A stretch of 64,000 bases of DNA from a virus. Its lineage: Duplodnaviria; Caudoviricetes. The stretch lies in the IMG/VR virus record IMGVR_UViG_3300027847_001698. One strand, 5' to 3'. The position numbers were made by a program, and so were the translations under genes. The notes beneath the pieces were generated by a model. That model did no database searches. It was not told the origin of the DNA and saw only the letters and a program-made list of their open reading frames with translations. Shown here piece after piece: positions 29,301 to 38,278 of this stretch (position 1 is its first letter; every line of letters starts with the position of its first letter).

Positions 29301-30444
29301 AAGTCAACCTGTATGGAGAAATGTTCAAGATTCTAATGTAATCATGTGGAATAATGTTGCATCATGGGAACCGACATATCATGGTTGGTATTTGGCTACA
29401 AGTGATATATTACCTAGACGTGATTTCACTACGCCTTATAGTGCAGATTATTTTCCAACGACATGGTATTCATGGTCTGATTTTCAAGAACCAGTATCAT
29501 TATATTATCCTCTACAGTGGACAATAGATGATAGAACAGTGTGGAGAAATACTGTTGATCCACATCTAGTTATTAGACGAAAAGATTTCGGTGATAATTT
29601 AATCTACTGGCAAATAGCATATGGGTTAGATAATAATAGAGATTATTATTTTACCGCAGATAATGTTTCTAATGATGGAAGTGTTCCTGATGGCAAGTGG
29701 GTTAATAATGCAACTCTTGCATCTACTCCACTTGCAACAGTTGAATATTTTGCATCAGATAAAATAGTTCAAACTATATCTAATCTTATTTTAAGAGATC
29801 CTGGAAGTGAACACGTATCTACTTTATCAAATAGTACTATAGATGATTTAAATTGGCATTGTATCCACGTATCATGGAATTCTCAAATTGATAACGGTAA
29901 GGCTAATATCTTTATTGATGGAGTAGAAGAAACATCTTATGATCTACGAGAATTAAATAAAGGGTCTATTCCTTATATTACACAAGATGGAACAATTCTA
30001 CCTTGGGCAAACTTGAATATCGGAAGAGTACAATCATCATCAACTGGTCTTCCTGGTAACTATCTAGATGCCAGATTAGATCTTACTATTCTATGGGGAA
30101 CATATCTAGAAACTAAAGATGTACTAAGACAATGGAAACATCTATTAGAAGGTGCTCAAGACGGAGACAGATTCTACATTGATGACCCTGGAAAGTATTA
30201 CGATAACATAAGAAAACAATTTATAAAAAGACCAGCATCTGGAGTATGGGAAGGAAACGATACAAGATTCGCAGAATGGAGACTGGATCCAGTTACTGGC
30301 TTATTTGGTTGGAATATAGTTCCAATACAAAAGATTGCTGGAGTATTCTGGAATCAATCAAAAGCAGGATTAGACTCATGGATGCCACCTGAATTTTATG
30401 AACAATTTGGAGATTATGGAGCTTCTGGTTCCTTTGCAATATAA
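26374..30444 (+). CDS. Large LamG/concanavalin-A-like domain virion protein (tail fibre or receptor-binding)
   Basis: Repeated FTIDFW...WHHV.I.W...LWIDG...LTIG and WHCIHVSW...IFIDG...LNIG LamG signatures. Confidence 0.8.
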   Translation: MARNPDDPKKTLHGHIYLPDLGEKGTEAITKFNDAQEDLDEHIRTQEDRSYALPPVIAYALDPPNIEDLFRLDYLPSWQNIRGLWNFNDDSTTNHAVDVSFCGTSGGANFTGLVKEDNNWFSGVAEEWDGVEWDGVFNNLPAELEGPFLRCDSTEDFAAEVPGVLHNPGTGFTIDFWFCPTKDIDGTTYDGFTYLFAKVNSALRNVNNVWISNEIFMGVFSAIDGNQGGQLGVFTHRSPSEGAQVYAVDDADPLYSGVYTLENSWGAGTWHHVTISWGTTNGLILWIDGQTGWAGSSVGTATTMYTPGRKHNLTIGGYWSGPSEALNKPDMLVSNLRVSNTERDQLYVDTVYGGGDGYTGSYDSNTIAYIKFNEGSGKEAYNSIPLQSTNFPSYGNPGVVKSGIVYQADRTVLEEEGPTGSALFNDDNEEYLDCGAEPHTNLIAHETKVAGGFTFQTAIKLNELNKDQCIISKWDEFNDQRQLYVGIDSNNRVEVKIGLDGLYDSTASLSSDVVSYPFITVADAGLDIANGTYVDQEGWEGLSLDSTGIYDGVPYLKMENCEDPTYNGEFVTEADWETIHGITDSTQSFTISNAGVDDVNGSWMDKTKHEEVYPPTGVMTETNFDTFDSTASLYEVVITDINDVVDGVFEWTNLTGSDGVSIWGRDSTAGYDLYLYRESTGWVIRDGTTDTDNLYYWFHKRPGDRLDVPPSHWFARINELDQQLSIGADRGPTAVVRTVSGQIEIDSEIKTTVTSAGNDYFNGDYLRLGETLNGVDIWCSTIHDDALIICDYLYGDTDLADEWKKWWMGIRPRDHGFGGFRYHFYAPYQITDIEDQAPPAFLKGYTGFNALGEYIDESGSDAAQLKTYLEDGSKFNPDLIWFHTVEGVTENMYRHEDDDSLILTKLRLDGMTVTQWYMAHYTDWDEFGYYYTYLYDNVAGSTIKDIPSSFNGIVDNIPIPIIIKNNNKENFVWTQESQPVWRNVQDSNVIMWNNVASWEPTYHGWYLATSDILPRRDFTTPYSADYFPTTWYSWSDFQEPVSLYYPLQWTIDDRTVWRNTVDPHLVIRRKDFGDNLIYWQIAYGLDNNRDYYFTADNVSNDGSVPDGKWVNNATLASTPLATVEYFASDKIVQTISNLILRDPGSEHVSTLSNSTIDDLNWHCIHVSWNSQIDNGKANIFIDGVEETSYDLRELNKGSIPYITQDGTILPWANLNIGRVQSSSTGLPGNYLDARLDLTILWGTYLETKDVLRQWKHLLEGAQDGDRFYIDDPGKYYDNIRKQFIKRPASGVWEGNDTRFAEWRLDPVTGLFGWNIVPIQKIAGVFWNQSKAGLDSWMPPEFYEQFGDYGASGSFAI

Positions 30445-31361
30445 TGAAAATTACATATCTAACTAAACAGAATTCAGATACAGCTCCACAAGTTGGAGTA
30501 GAAGTTGCTAGTTATGACTTTGAGTCTAACAAAATTGGTCCTGGTATAGTCAGTGACATTGATCAACTAAGTACCACCGAAGTTTCATTTTTGATGGTTG
30601 ATACTGGAGCCAATTTAGTTATCCCACAAGATACTAAAATTTGGTCTACTAAAGAAGGTTGGAAAGAAGCTAAACAATTAACATCTGATGACATTCTAAT
30701 AAGTGTAGAAGGGAAGAATATTGGCATTTTGAGTTGCGAGAATGTAACTCTAGGGGAACCTCATTCTTATTCTGATATTGAAACTACTCCACATCATAAT
30801 TATTTTTTAAGTGGATTACTTGTACACAATCAAGGTGGTGGTGGGCCAGCACCTAGTCCTCCACCGCCTCCACCGCCATCTCCACCGCCTCCACCACCTC
30901 CTCCACCCCCTCCTCCACCGCCTCCACCGGCACCACCGCCTCCTCCTCCTCCTCCAAGTCCACCGCCACCTAGTTCTCTACCGCCTCCACCGCCCCCTCC
31001 ACCTCCGCCCCCTTCTCCACCGACTCCACCTCCTGGACCTCCGCCTCCTCCACCGTCATCTCCTTCACCGCCAAGTCGTCCGTCCCCCCCTGCACCACCA
31101 CCTAGTCCTGCACCACGGCCACCTCCAGCACCAAGACCACCTCCAAGAAGACCAGCACCAGCACCCCCTCCTGCCCCACCAGCACCACCAGCACCTCCAC
31201 CCCCAGGTACTACACCTGTAACTATTACAGTGGGCACAAGCCTATCATTAGGTGCAAGCAATTTAACACTTAATAGAGTCACATTACAATTTGTAGCAGG
31301 TCTCTATACAGGATCAATTGTAGCTGCAGGAAGCAGTGTAGCAGTAGATGATTGTCCATAA
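30444..31361 (+). CDS. Hint (intein-like) domain fused to a poly-proline, extensin-like region
   Basis: VG.EV.SYD, GWKEAKQL...D.L, Y.DIET..HHNYF.SGLLVHN; no N-terminal Cys after the ATG; +1 residue is Gln. Confidence 0.75.
   Translation: MKITYLTKQNSDTAPQVGVEVASYDFESNKIGPGIVSDIDQLSTTEVSFLMVDTGANLVIPQDTKIWSTKEGWKEAKQLTSDDILISVEGKNIGILSCENVTLGEPHSYSDIETTPHHNYFLSGLLVHNQGGGGPAPSPPPPPPPSPPPPPPPPPPPPPPPPAPPPPPPPPSPPPPSSLPPPPPPPPPPPSPPTPPPGPPPPPPSSPSPPSRPSPPAPPPSPAPRPPPAPRPPPRRPAPAPPPAPPAPPAPPPPGTTPVTITVGTSLSLGASNLTLNRVTLQFVAGLYTGSIVAAGSSVAVDDCP
30846..31205 (+). repeat. CCN-rich poly-proline coding tract
   Basis: About 120 codons dominated by CCT/CCA/CCG; strongly C-rich island in an AT-rich genome. 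Confidence 0.9.
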
Positions 31362-31377
31362 TGAGAAATTATAACTA

Positions 31378-31872
31378 ATGTCTTTATATAAAACAACTGA
31401 AGGAAAATTATTAATTAAATCTGGCTCACTTATGGATGAGTGTTGCTGTTCATCAGATTGCAATGAAGATAGCCTTTGTAATTCTTGTACTCCACAGTTA
31501 TGTGATTCTTATACAGTAACATTTAGCGGGTTAAGTGGAGACTTAGCGAGTTATAACGGAGTTCATAGTGTATGGTTCCAATGGTCCAGCATGGGACTCA
31601 ATTGTGAGTGGAAGGTTTATCCATTTACATATAATCCATCTACAGTTAACTTGTTTTATAGTCTGTCTGCTCCCATTAGATGGGCTGTAAAAATAGACCA
31701 TTACTATGGATCAGTGGGACCGAATTGTCATAAAGAGTGGGGACATTATATTACTTTCCCTGGGGAGGAATGTGATCCGACAGATAATTATACTCAACAT
31801 GGTGCATGTATAGAGACTACTTGTGCTGGTATGTGTACAGCAAATACCGGCGGTATAGCTACAGTATCATAA
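31378..31872 (+). CDS. Cys-rich protein with an N-terminal CCC motif
   Basis: GKLL...DECCCSSDC...CNSC and further Cys pairs. Confidence 0.7.
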   Translation: MSLYKTTEGKLLIKSGSLMDECCCSSDCNEDSLCNSCTPQLCDSYTVTFSGLSGDLASYNGVHSVWFQWSSMGLNCEWKVYPFTYNPSTVNLFYSLSAPIRWAVKIDHYYGSVGPNCHKEWGHYITFPGEECDPTDNYTQHGACIETTCAGMCTANTGGIATVS

Positions 31873-31875
31873 TAC

Positions 31876-32283
31876 ATGTCTAAAACCTTTTTCGATTCTG
31901 ATCATTGTTTATCTAGATCTCATTGTAAAACATGTAGAGATATAAAAGAAGGAGATAGTTTTAGACAAAGTTTAGCTAATACGTTTTCCGATCTAGAGGA
32001 TTCGTCATTTGAATGCCCATTTGGTGTCCCATGGTCAAATGAACCAACTTTTTTAGATAAATTAAAATCTATAACGGCAGAAGTTAAAAAAGTATTATCT
32101 GCTGAAGAAAAATTAGCAGAAGATGAATTAGTTGAAAAAAGATTATCTATTTGTCAAGGAACTGAAACCATACCAAAATGCGGAATGTATAATGAAGAAA
32201 AGGATACTTGTAGAAAATGTGGGTGTATTGTGAAATACAAAACAAGATTGAAAGAAGGATCATGTCCTGAAAAGAAATGGTAA
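31876..32283 (+). CDS. Cys-rich protein with a DUF6171-like C-terminus
   Basis: HC.SR.HC..CR...CP, then RLSICQG..C...CRKCGC..K...GSCPEKKW. Confidence 0.7.
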   Translation: MSKTFFDSDHCLSRSHCKTCRDIKEGDSFRQSLANTFSDLEDSSFECPFGVPWSNEPTFLDKLKSITAEVKKVLSAEEKLAEDELVEKRLSICQGTETIPKCGMYNEEKDTCRKCGCIVKYKTRLKEGSCPEKKW

Positions 32284-32335
32284 ATAGATGATCTTCAAGA
32301 ACAAATTATTAAATTTTAATCTTTAAGTTAAAATC

Positions 32336-32902
32336 ATGAAAAATCTACTAGATATATTTATGAAGTTATTTCTTCATTCATGGATTGGTGATATACAATT
32401 CTTTAAAGCATTTCCGCCTATTATTATAGGAAACGTTAGATATAAATTGAAAGGTCACGATCAACGAAAAATATTAAAAATCTTGAAAGAAGGGGATATT
32501 TTATTACGTAAATATGATAGCTATTTGACTGGTCTATTGGTTCCTGGAAATTATAGTCATGTTGGGTTATACGTTGGGAATGATACGATCATTCATTCTG
32601 TAACCAAATATGGTGTATCAGAAGAAGACATACTAACATATCTAAGAGCAGATCATATTGAAATATTACGGGTAGAAAAATATGATCTTGATGAAATTAT
32701 AAAAGTTATAAATACTGCTAAAAGCCAATTAGGGGTAGATTATGATTATACATTTGAGGGTCATGATGATAGTAGATTCTATTGTAGTGAACTTATAAGG
32801 TATTGCTACAAAGATTATCCTAATGTTAATATTCCAACTGACGAAAAATTATCACCAGATGGATTATTAAAAGGTAAGTTTATATCAATATTTAGAATCT
32901 AA
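32336..32902 (+). CDS. Permuted papain-like NlpC/P60 (YiiX/YebB-like) enzyme
   Basis: EGDILL...YSHVGLY...YDY.F...FYCSELI, with His before Cys. Confidence 0.85.
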   Translation: MKNLLDIFMKLFLHSWIGDIQFFKAFPPIIIGNVRYKLKGHDQRKILKILKEGDILLRKYDSYLTGLLVPGNYSHVGLYVGNDTIIHSVTKYGVSEEDILTYLRADHIEILRVEKYDLDEIIKVINTAKSQLGVDYDYTFEGHDDSRFYCSELIRYCYKDYPNVNIPTDEKLSPDGLLKGKFISIFRI

Positions 32903-32934
32903 TCAAAAAGAACAATTAAATAGGTAATAGTATA

Positions 32935-33336
32935 ATGAGTGTTGACGAGTCTATGATTAATGTTGTAATTGTGTTGGGTGTCGGGGCGTTTGTAATAAAA
33001 ATAATGTTTGACTTAATTAAACCTCTTATATTTAAGGACCCTGATCAAGTGGGAAAAGTGTTAGAGAATTTAATAAACGTTGTCCATATTGAAAAAACAT
33101 TGTCGGGGTTATCTGCTAACCAACTAAGCCATTCGGCTAAATTGATTGAAATAGAAAATCAGTTTAATAAGATATGGGAAGCATTAGAACGACAAAAAGA
33201 AACTGAAGTTAGATTGCAACAAATTGAAAAACAAAGCGATAAAATATCTATGACATTGGAAGATTTAAGATCATTAGTATCAAGTCTTACTACTCATATT
33301 GAAGTTATGGCAGTTAAGATGGGAATAGTTCCGTAG
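32935..33336 (+). CDS. Membrane-anchored coiled-coil protein (holin/spanin-like possible)
   Basis: N-terminal hydrophobic helix then heptads. Confidence 0.55.
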   Translation: MSVDESMINVVIVLGVGAFVIKIMFDLIKPLIFKDPDQVGKVLENLINVVHIEKTLSGLSANQLSHSAKLIEIENQFNKIWEALERQKETEVRLQQIEKQSDKISMTLEDLRSLVSSLTTHIEVMAVKMGIVP

Positions 33337-33370
33337 AACAAATTAAAATAAAGTGTAATGGGATATAATC

Positions 33371-34267
33371 ATGATACCTGATCAAACTAGAGCCGTAGAT
33401 CCTTTCAGTTCATATGAAAGTGATAACGTAAATAAAATTACCCGCCTATTAACTGCGGGAGAAGATAGAATTGCAAGAGAGGTTGATCTCGCAGTTACAA
33501 AGTTAAATGATACTACTCTGCGTATTACTGATGGTGTGGCTATTAAAGATGATCTAATGATTCATGTTAAAGAATCTAATCTAAATGGTTATACTGATTT
33601 CGATGTTACTATTGCTGACAACTACATCGTGAGAGTTGGTGAGTCTGGATTAATGGATGGAGCAGGTGATGCGTATATGGTATTAGATTATCAGTATGCT
33701 AAAGTTGCAACCGCACCAGAAGCAAAATTAATGTTACTAAAAGATCCTGTAGATTTTACAACAGATCTATATGTATTCTTAGCCAAAGTAACTTTCAGTG
33801 CTACAAATGTAGTATCAGTAGTTGTTGATAATGATGGTGCAGTTATAAGGAAAGTAGCAAATTTAGTTGATGGGTACACTGATGTTGCTGCAAGAGCAGC
33901 GGATGCTACCAATCCTGTTACTAATCATCAAGCTGCTGCCGCATCAGATTACAACAAGATAATAACAACTAATAAAACAACTGGAGATATTGAATTACAG
34001 GCACCAGAAGCATTCTTACAACCAGGACAAAATCTTGATCTTGAATGGCCTGTTTCAGAAACCCCAGTACTAGTTACTCATAACTTAGGCATAATGCCAT
34101 TAGTTCAAATTATTGATAATGATACAGGTTCTTCTGACAAGGGAGAAGTTATCTCGGCTATTGTAAAACATACTGATACAAATTGTTTCACTGTTGATTT
34201 TGCTCCACCACAATCGTCTCCATTTGATTTTAGAGTTACATTACCAATAGTCATAGCAATTCCATAA
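33371..34267 (+). CDS. Virion structural protein
   Basis: Late-strand ORF; C-terminal THNLG..P.VQIID domain shared in type with 36498. Confidence 0.6.
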   Translation: MIPDQTRAVDPFSSYESDNVNKITRLLTAGEDRIAREVDLAVTKLNDTTLRITDGVAIKDDLMIHVKESNLNGYTDFDVTIADNYIVRVGESGLMDGAGDAYMVLDYQYAKVATAPEAKLMLLKDPVDFTTDLYVFLAKVTFSATNVVSVVVDNDGAVIRKVANLVDGYTDVAARAADATNPVTNHQAAAASDYNKIITTNKTTGDIELQAPEAFLQPGQNLDLEWPVSETPVLVTHNLGIMPLVQIIDNDTGSSDKGEVISAIVKHTDTNCFTVDFAPPQSSPFDFRVTLPIVIAIP

Positions 34268-34271
34268 ATGA

Positions 34272-35135
34272 ATGGCATTTCTTAATTGTGATGATAACGA
34301 TCGTAAAATAAACGACGCATTGTTTGTGCTATCTAATAACGCCGACGTATTAGAAAGGGCAGTAAATAATCAAGTTGAGGAAATTGATACTTATATTAAT
34401 GATGGAATACTTAGTGCCACTAGTGTAGTTGATGACGCTATAAAGGAAGTAGATGGTAAGATAAAAGGCGTATTCCCTGATTGGACTGATAGATTGAATA
34501 ATATAGATGACGCATTAGGGACATATGATAAAACTCTAGACGACTTCAAGAATGCAATATTAACTTGCAAACAATCACAGTTAGCCCCATTTATAAATAA
34601 ACTAGGAATAGAAGTTCCTGAAGGTATTATAGATCCATTTGCGTTTTCTTCATCTGAAATAAGAAAGAAGATACGAGATCTAACATTCTTTCCTACACGA
34701 TATCTACAATCTATTAAATCAGAATTAATAGAGGATGCTGTTTCTACTGTTCATGCTTTGTCTAATGATATAAGTGAATTTATAAATGGAACAATATTAG
34801 AAGAGTTTGATGATAGATTTGGAAAAAAAATAGCTAAGGTTGCTAGAGAAGTAGAGCTTTTATTGAATTGTTTTGGAGCTGTAAAATGCGGAAGTAACAT
34901 AACAAAGTTTAAAGATCGTTATGGTGAAACAATGGCAAAGCTACCTATATATCCTCCATTTGAATTACCATCTGACGGGGCATTGAAACCATTTCCCCCT
35001 TATACATTTAATAGTGGATCAGTTATAGATTCAGTTACTACTCTTACTACTACTCAAAAAACTAACTTCAAAAATGCTGCTGCATCTGCTAAAAATGCAA
35101 TGAACTACACTAGAAGTATAATAGGAAAGATATAA
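34272..35135 (+). CDS. Hypothetical helical protein
   Basis: 287-aa ORF. Confidence 0.65.
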   Translation: MAFLNCDDNDRKINDALFVLSNNADVLERAVNNQVEEIDTYINDGILSATSVVDDAIKEVDGKIKGVFPDWTDRLNNIDDALGTYDKTLDDFKNAILTCKQSQLAPFINKLGIEVPEGIIDPFAFSSSEIRKKIRDLTFFPTRYLQSIKSELIEDAVSTVHALSNDISEFINGTILEEFDDRFGKKIAKVAREVELLLNCFGAVKCGSNITKFKDRYGETMAKLPIYPPFELPSDGALKPFPPYTFNSGSVIDSVTTLTTTQKTNFKNAAASAKNAMNYTRSIIGKI

Positions 35136-35196
35136 AAATGAATAATAAATATAAGTTATAAAAAAACCATTGGGGTCATGAAGACCCCCATTAGTT

Positions 35197-35295
35197 CTAG
35201 ATGACCACCTTCTTCTTTTTGACTTTTTTTCTATTAGTCATCCTTACCAGCACCAACCCCATAAACAGGATCGAAACGACAATTTTTCTTTTCAT
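35197..35295 (-). CDS. 32-aa basic/hydrophobic peptide (MKRKIVVSILFMGLVLVRMTNRKKVKKKKVVI), absent from the ORF track
   Basis: GGAG RBS, promoter motif at 35361-35379, hairpin at 35168-35192 downstream. Confidence 0.55.
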   Translation of the reverse strand: MKRKIVVSILFMGLVLVRMTNRKKVKKKKVVI

Positions 35296-35384
35296 GGCAA
35301 TTCTCCGTTAGTTTTATTTGTATAAGTCATTTTATACAAATATTATTGTTAGTTCCCATAAATAAATATATATAGACAAAAATA

Positions 35385-35846
35385 ATGAATAAATACAAGA
35401 TATTGATACTGGAATATTTAGATCCCGAGGACAAAGAATGGAATACTGTAATAAAAGAAGTATCCATAATTAGACCTCATATAAAGAAATTTGTAAAACA
35501 ATTTCTATCTAAAAATAGAAAGTTTATACAAAGCTCTTATTTTGAAATTACAAAAGAATCTAAATATAATAATTATGAAAAGGAAGGAAGCATCGTTTCG
35601 TATACATGGAATAAACATATCAACAAAGAAAATAAACATATACTTGATACGTTTGTAGACGGAATCTGGAATATCGTAACTACTATACTTCCCAAGAAAG
35701 GATGGAAGCATATTAAAGATGAATGGGGTGGGGACCACATACATAAGAAAATAGGAAAAACTGATTTTGTTTTATCGAGATATACAGGAGACAATGATGG
35801 CAACGGTCTCGATATAAGTGATAGAAGAGAGTTAAGTGGTTTATAA
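35385..35846 (+). CDS. Hypothetical protein
   Basis: 153 aa; first ten residues end in ILE (loose CTS-like). Confidence 0.6.
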   Translation: MNKYKILILEYLDPEDKEWNTVIKEVSIIRPHIKKFVKQFLSKNRKFIQSSYFEITKESKYNNYEKEGSIVSYTWNKHINKENKHILDTFVDGIWNIVTTILPKKGWKHIKDEWGGDHIHKKIGKTDFVLSRYTGDNDGNGLDISDRRELSGL

Positions 35847-35871
35847 AAAAAAGGGCCGAAGCCCCCTTTTT
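35845..35871. terminator. Bidirectional terminator
   Basis: AAAAAAAAGGGC-CGAA-GCCCCCTTTTT between convergent genes. Confidence 0.8.
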
Positions 35872-36385
35872 ATGCCAGTTTAAACGTGTCATCTTTAAAT
35901 GGGTTGTTGTACCTATGTACAACGTTTCCGTCAAGAAGCGCAGTGACCCACTGCACCACCCCAACGTCCTGTTCATCCCATACCGTAGGAGACCCTCTTC
36001 CTCCAGCAAAGACGATGATATCGCTTCCCGGATACCTTTGGTGGAGGACAAGGCACTTCGGTTGGTAACGAGTTTCTGTTTCCGGGACGTACCGCAGAGC
36101 CAGAAACTTCCGTCCATCCGAATCAGTTCCTTGCATAACGACATCAGATAGGTTATCATATTTGACATTATCTATGTAACCAGTCATGCCTAACATGTTG
36201 TCATTCCAGAGAAGAACCGGAATCTCTCCACTAATCGACGTAGCCAATTCGATGATCTCATCGATCTTGGCAGTTGTAGCTGGAGTAGAACTAGGAACTA
36301 CTACTGATTCTACCGACTGAGTACCATTTCTGTAGACCGTTGTTGTTATAACCGATCTCTCGACATGTGGATTGTTGCTTGACAT
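35870..36385 (-). CDS. Hypothetical protein in an antisense cassette
   Basis: 171 aa, GGGG RBS, promoter motif at 36439-36455. Confidence 0.75.
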   Translation of the reverse strand: MSSNNPHVERSVITTTVYRNGTQSVESVVVPSSTPATTAKIDEIIELATSISGEIPVLLWNDNMLGMTGYIDNVKYDNLSDVVMQGTDSDGRKFLALRYVPETETRYQPKCLVLHQRYPGSDIIVFAGGRGSPTVWDEQDVGVVQWVTALLDGNVVHRYNNPFKDDTFKLA

Positions 36386-36497
36386 CTTATCCCCCTTAGG
36401 TTTGAGTTAAACTATATGCACATGTTTCTATTCATGGGTGTATATATATAGACAAAAATAAAGATTAGGTAGAAACCTTCCGAACAAAAATAAAAAA

Positions 36498-37181
36498 ATG
36501 GCATTAAGAAAAGAAAGACCAGGATTTAGATTAGTAGTTCATGCTAGAGAGTATACTGGCTCGACTTGGACTATAAATCATAATATTGAAAATAATCAAG
36601 TCTTTACACAAGCCCTCACTTTAGACTTCAAAGATATGATTCCTAAGAATATATCTAAGTCAGGGGATAGGCAGATACAAATTGAATGGCCCCAATCGGT
36701 TACTGGTATAGGTGTAGTGTTTAGAAATGCTGGAATAACTGGCAATGATAGATTGAATTTTACAAATGTGGATACAATAGATCTCTATCATAAGTATGAA
36801 AATAAAAATTTCCTAGTTCAATTTTGGGATACAAATGACAAAATAATCTACCCTAGAGTTGTTAAAAAAATAGGATCCAATATATTAAGAGTGACATTTT
36901 TTAAGACTACATCTGGATATGTAGATATGGCTCTTAGTATTAATGGAGATAAACAATTTAATGTCGCTACTACCGATTGGTCAAATCCTCATAAAAGCAA
37001 AGAAGATAGAGAACATATCTCAGCTCAATGTATTGATGTAAATGATAATTTATTTGTACCAGAAACTATTAAACGAATAGATACAAATAGAAATCAATCT
37101 TCTGATGATAATTTGATAGTGACTCTATCAACAAAAGAATCCGGAATTCTTAATGCAATTATATACGGATATAGAATTTAA
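36498..37181 (+). CDS. Virion protein with three repeated small beta domains
   Basis: WTINHN..., DLYHK..., WSNPHK... repeats, each with a VQxxD...IP motif. Confidence 0.65.
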   Translation: MALRKERPGFRLVVHAREYTGSTWTINHNIENNQVFTQALTLDFKDMIPKNISKSGDRQIQIEWPQSVTGIGVVFRNAGITGNDRLNFTNVDTIDLYHKYENKNFLVQFWDTNDKIIYPRVVKKIGSNILRVTFFKTTSGYVDMALSINGDKQFNVATTDWSNPHKSKEDREHISAQCIDVNDNLFVPETIKRIDTNRNQSSDDNLIVTLSTKESGILNAIIYGYRI

Positions 37182-37194
37182 ATAGGAATTGACG

Positions 37195-37431
37195 ATGAAA
37201 GATTTAGTTAAGATTATCGCAGAGAATATATGCGACCAACCAGATAGAATACAAATAGAAGAAGTAGAAACAAATTCTGCAAGTATTATAGAAGTTTCTG
37301 TAGCAAAAGAAGACTTAGGTAAGATGATTGGCAAAAATGGTAAAACTGCACAAGCTATCAGAACTTTAATATACGCATCAAGTTTTAAATACAACAAACG
37401 ATACAGCTTAGAAATTATAGCTGAATCATAA
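37195..37431 (+). CDS. khpA: KH-domain RNA-binding protein, KhpA/YlqC family
   Basis: MKDLVKIIAENI...VAKEDLGKMIGKNGKTAQAIRTL with a GxxG loop; bacterial-type. Confidence 0.85.
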   Translation: MKDLVKIIAENICDQPDRIQIEEVETNSASIIEVSVAKEDLGKMIGKNGKTAQAIRTLIYASSFKYNKRYSLEIIAES

Positions 37432-37519
37432 CTCGACTATCATAATAGATAGGGTTATAGACTACGAGTTGATCCCATTGAAGGAACTAGTCTATGATCC
37501 AATTATTAGGAGATAAAAT

Positions 37520-38266
37520 ATGAAATTTCATAAAGTTCACATGACAGGTACGTTCGTCAACCAAGAGATGACTACGGTTGGCAGAAATGCTGCTACTCCA
37601 ACATCTGGTCGTGCCGTATATGATACTGATCAAAATCTTCTATATCTTGGAGATGGAACTAATTGGAATTATGCAGGGCTTCCTGGTGGAAACATTTTAG
37701 GCAGAGAAGAGCTTGTAGCATCCGCAGGACAAACCCTTTTTACATTATGTAACTTTACATATGTTCCAGCCAATGAACAGATATTAGTTTTTACAGATGG
37801 TCTCTTGATGGATGAGACAACTGATTACTTAGAAACTTCTACTACTGAGATTACATTTACAGATGGAAGAAATGCAAATGAAGAAGTTACTGTAATAAAA
37901 GTTAATCCCAATTTCCCTGCTGCTGATTCTACTCTAATTCCATTTGGAAGTTTCCCACCTCCAAATCCATTAAGTGCAGCCGACAGTGGAAAATCATTTA
38001 CGAATGAAGGATCAATAGCAACTACTACTTTTAATCTCCCTTTATCTTTAGAAAATCAAGGTATGCATTTATATATACTAAAAACAGAACCAGGCCAAGA
38101 TGTTGTAATTCAATGTACAGGATCAGATACTATTAATGATAGTGCTCCTGGGGGAATACTATCAAATGTCTCTGCATCAGAAGAACATTCAAGTGTTCAT
38201 ATCATGGCAGCACCTGGATTGAAATGGATAATATTAGGCAGTCAAGGAACATGGGTAGCAACTTAA
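37520..38266 (+). CDS. Tail fibre-associated protein
   Basis: ASAGQTLFT...LVFTDGLL...DY.E....ITF repeat typical of phage fibres. Confidence 0.7.
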   Translation: MKFHKVHMTGTFVNQEMTTVGRNAATPTSGRAVYDTDQNLLYLGDGTNWNYAGLPGGNILGREELVASAGQTLFTLCNFTYVPANEQILVFTDGLLMDETTDYLETSTTEITFTDGRNANEEVTVIKVNPNFPAADSTLIPFGSFPPPNPLSAADSGKSFTNEGSIATTTFNLPLSLENQGMHLYILKTEPGQDVVIQCTGSDTINDSAPGGILSNVSASEEHSSVHIMAAPGLKWIILGSQGTWVAT

Positions 38267-38278
38267 GGATACTATATA

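Noticed and set aside
30444-30830. Functional cis-splicing intein
   Set aside because: No N-terminal Cys/Ser after the start and the +1 residue is Gln; no host protein is split around it.
30811-31282. Gly-rich (-) and His/Leu-rich (+) ORFs
   Set aside because: Shadows of the CCN poly-proline tract.
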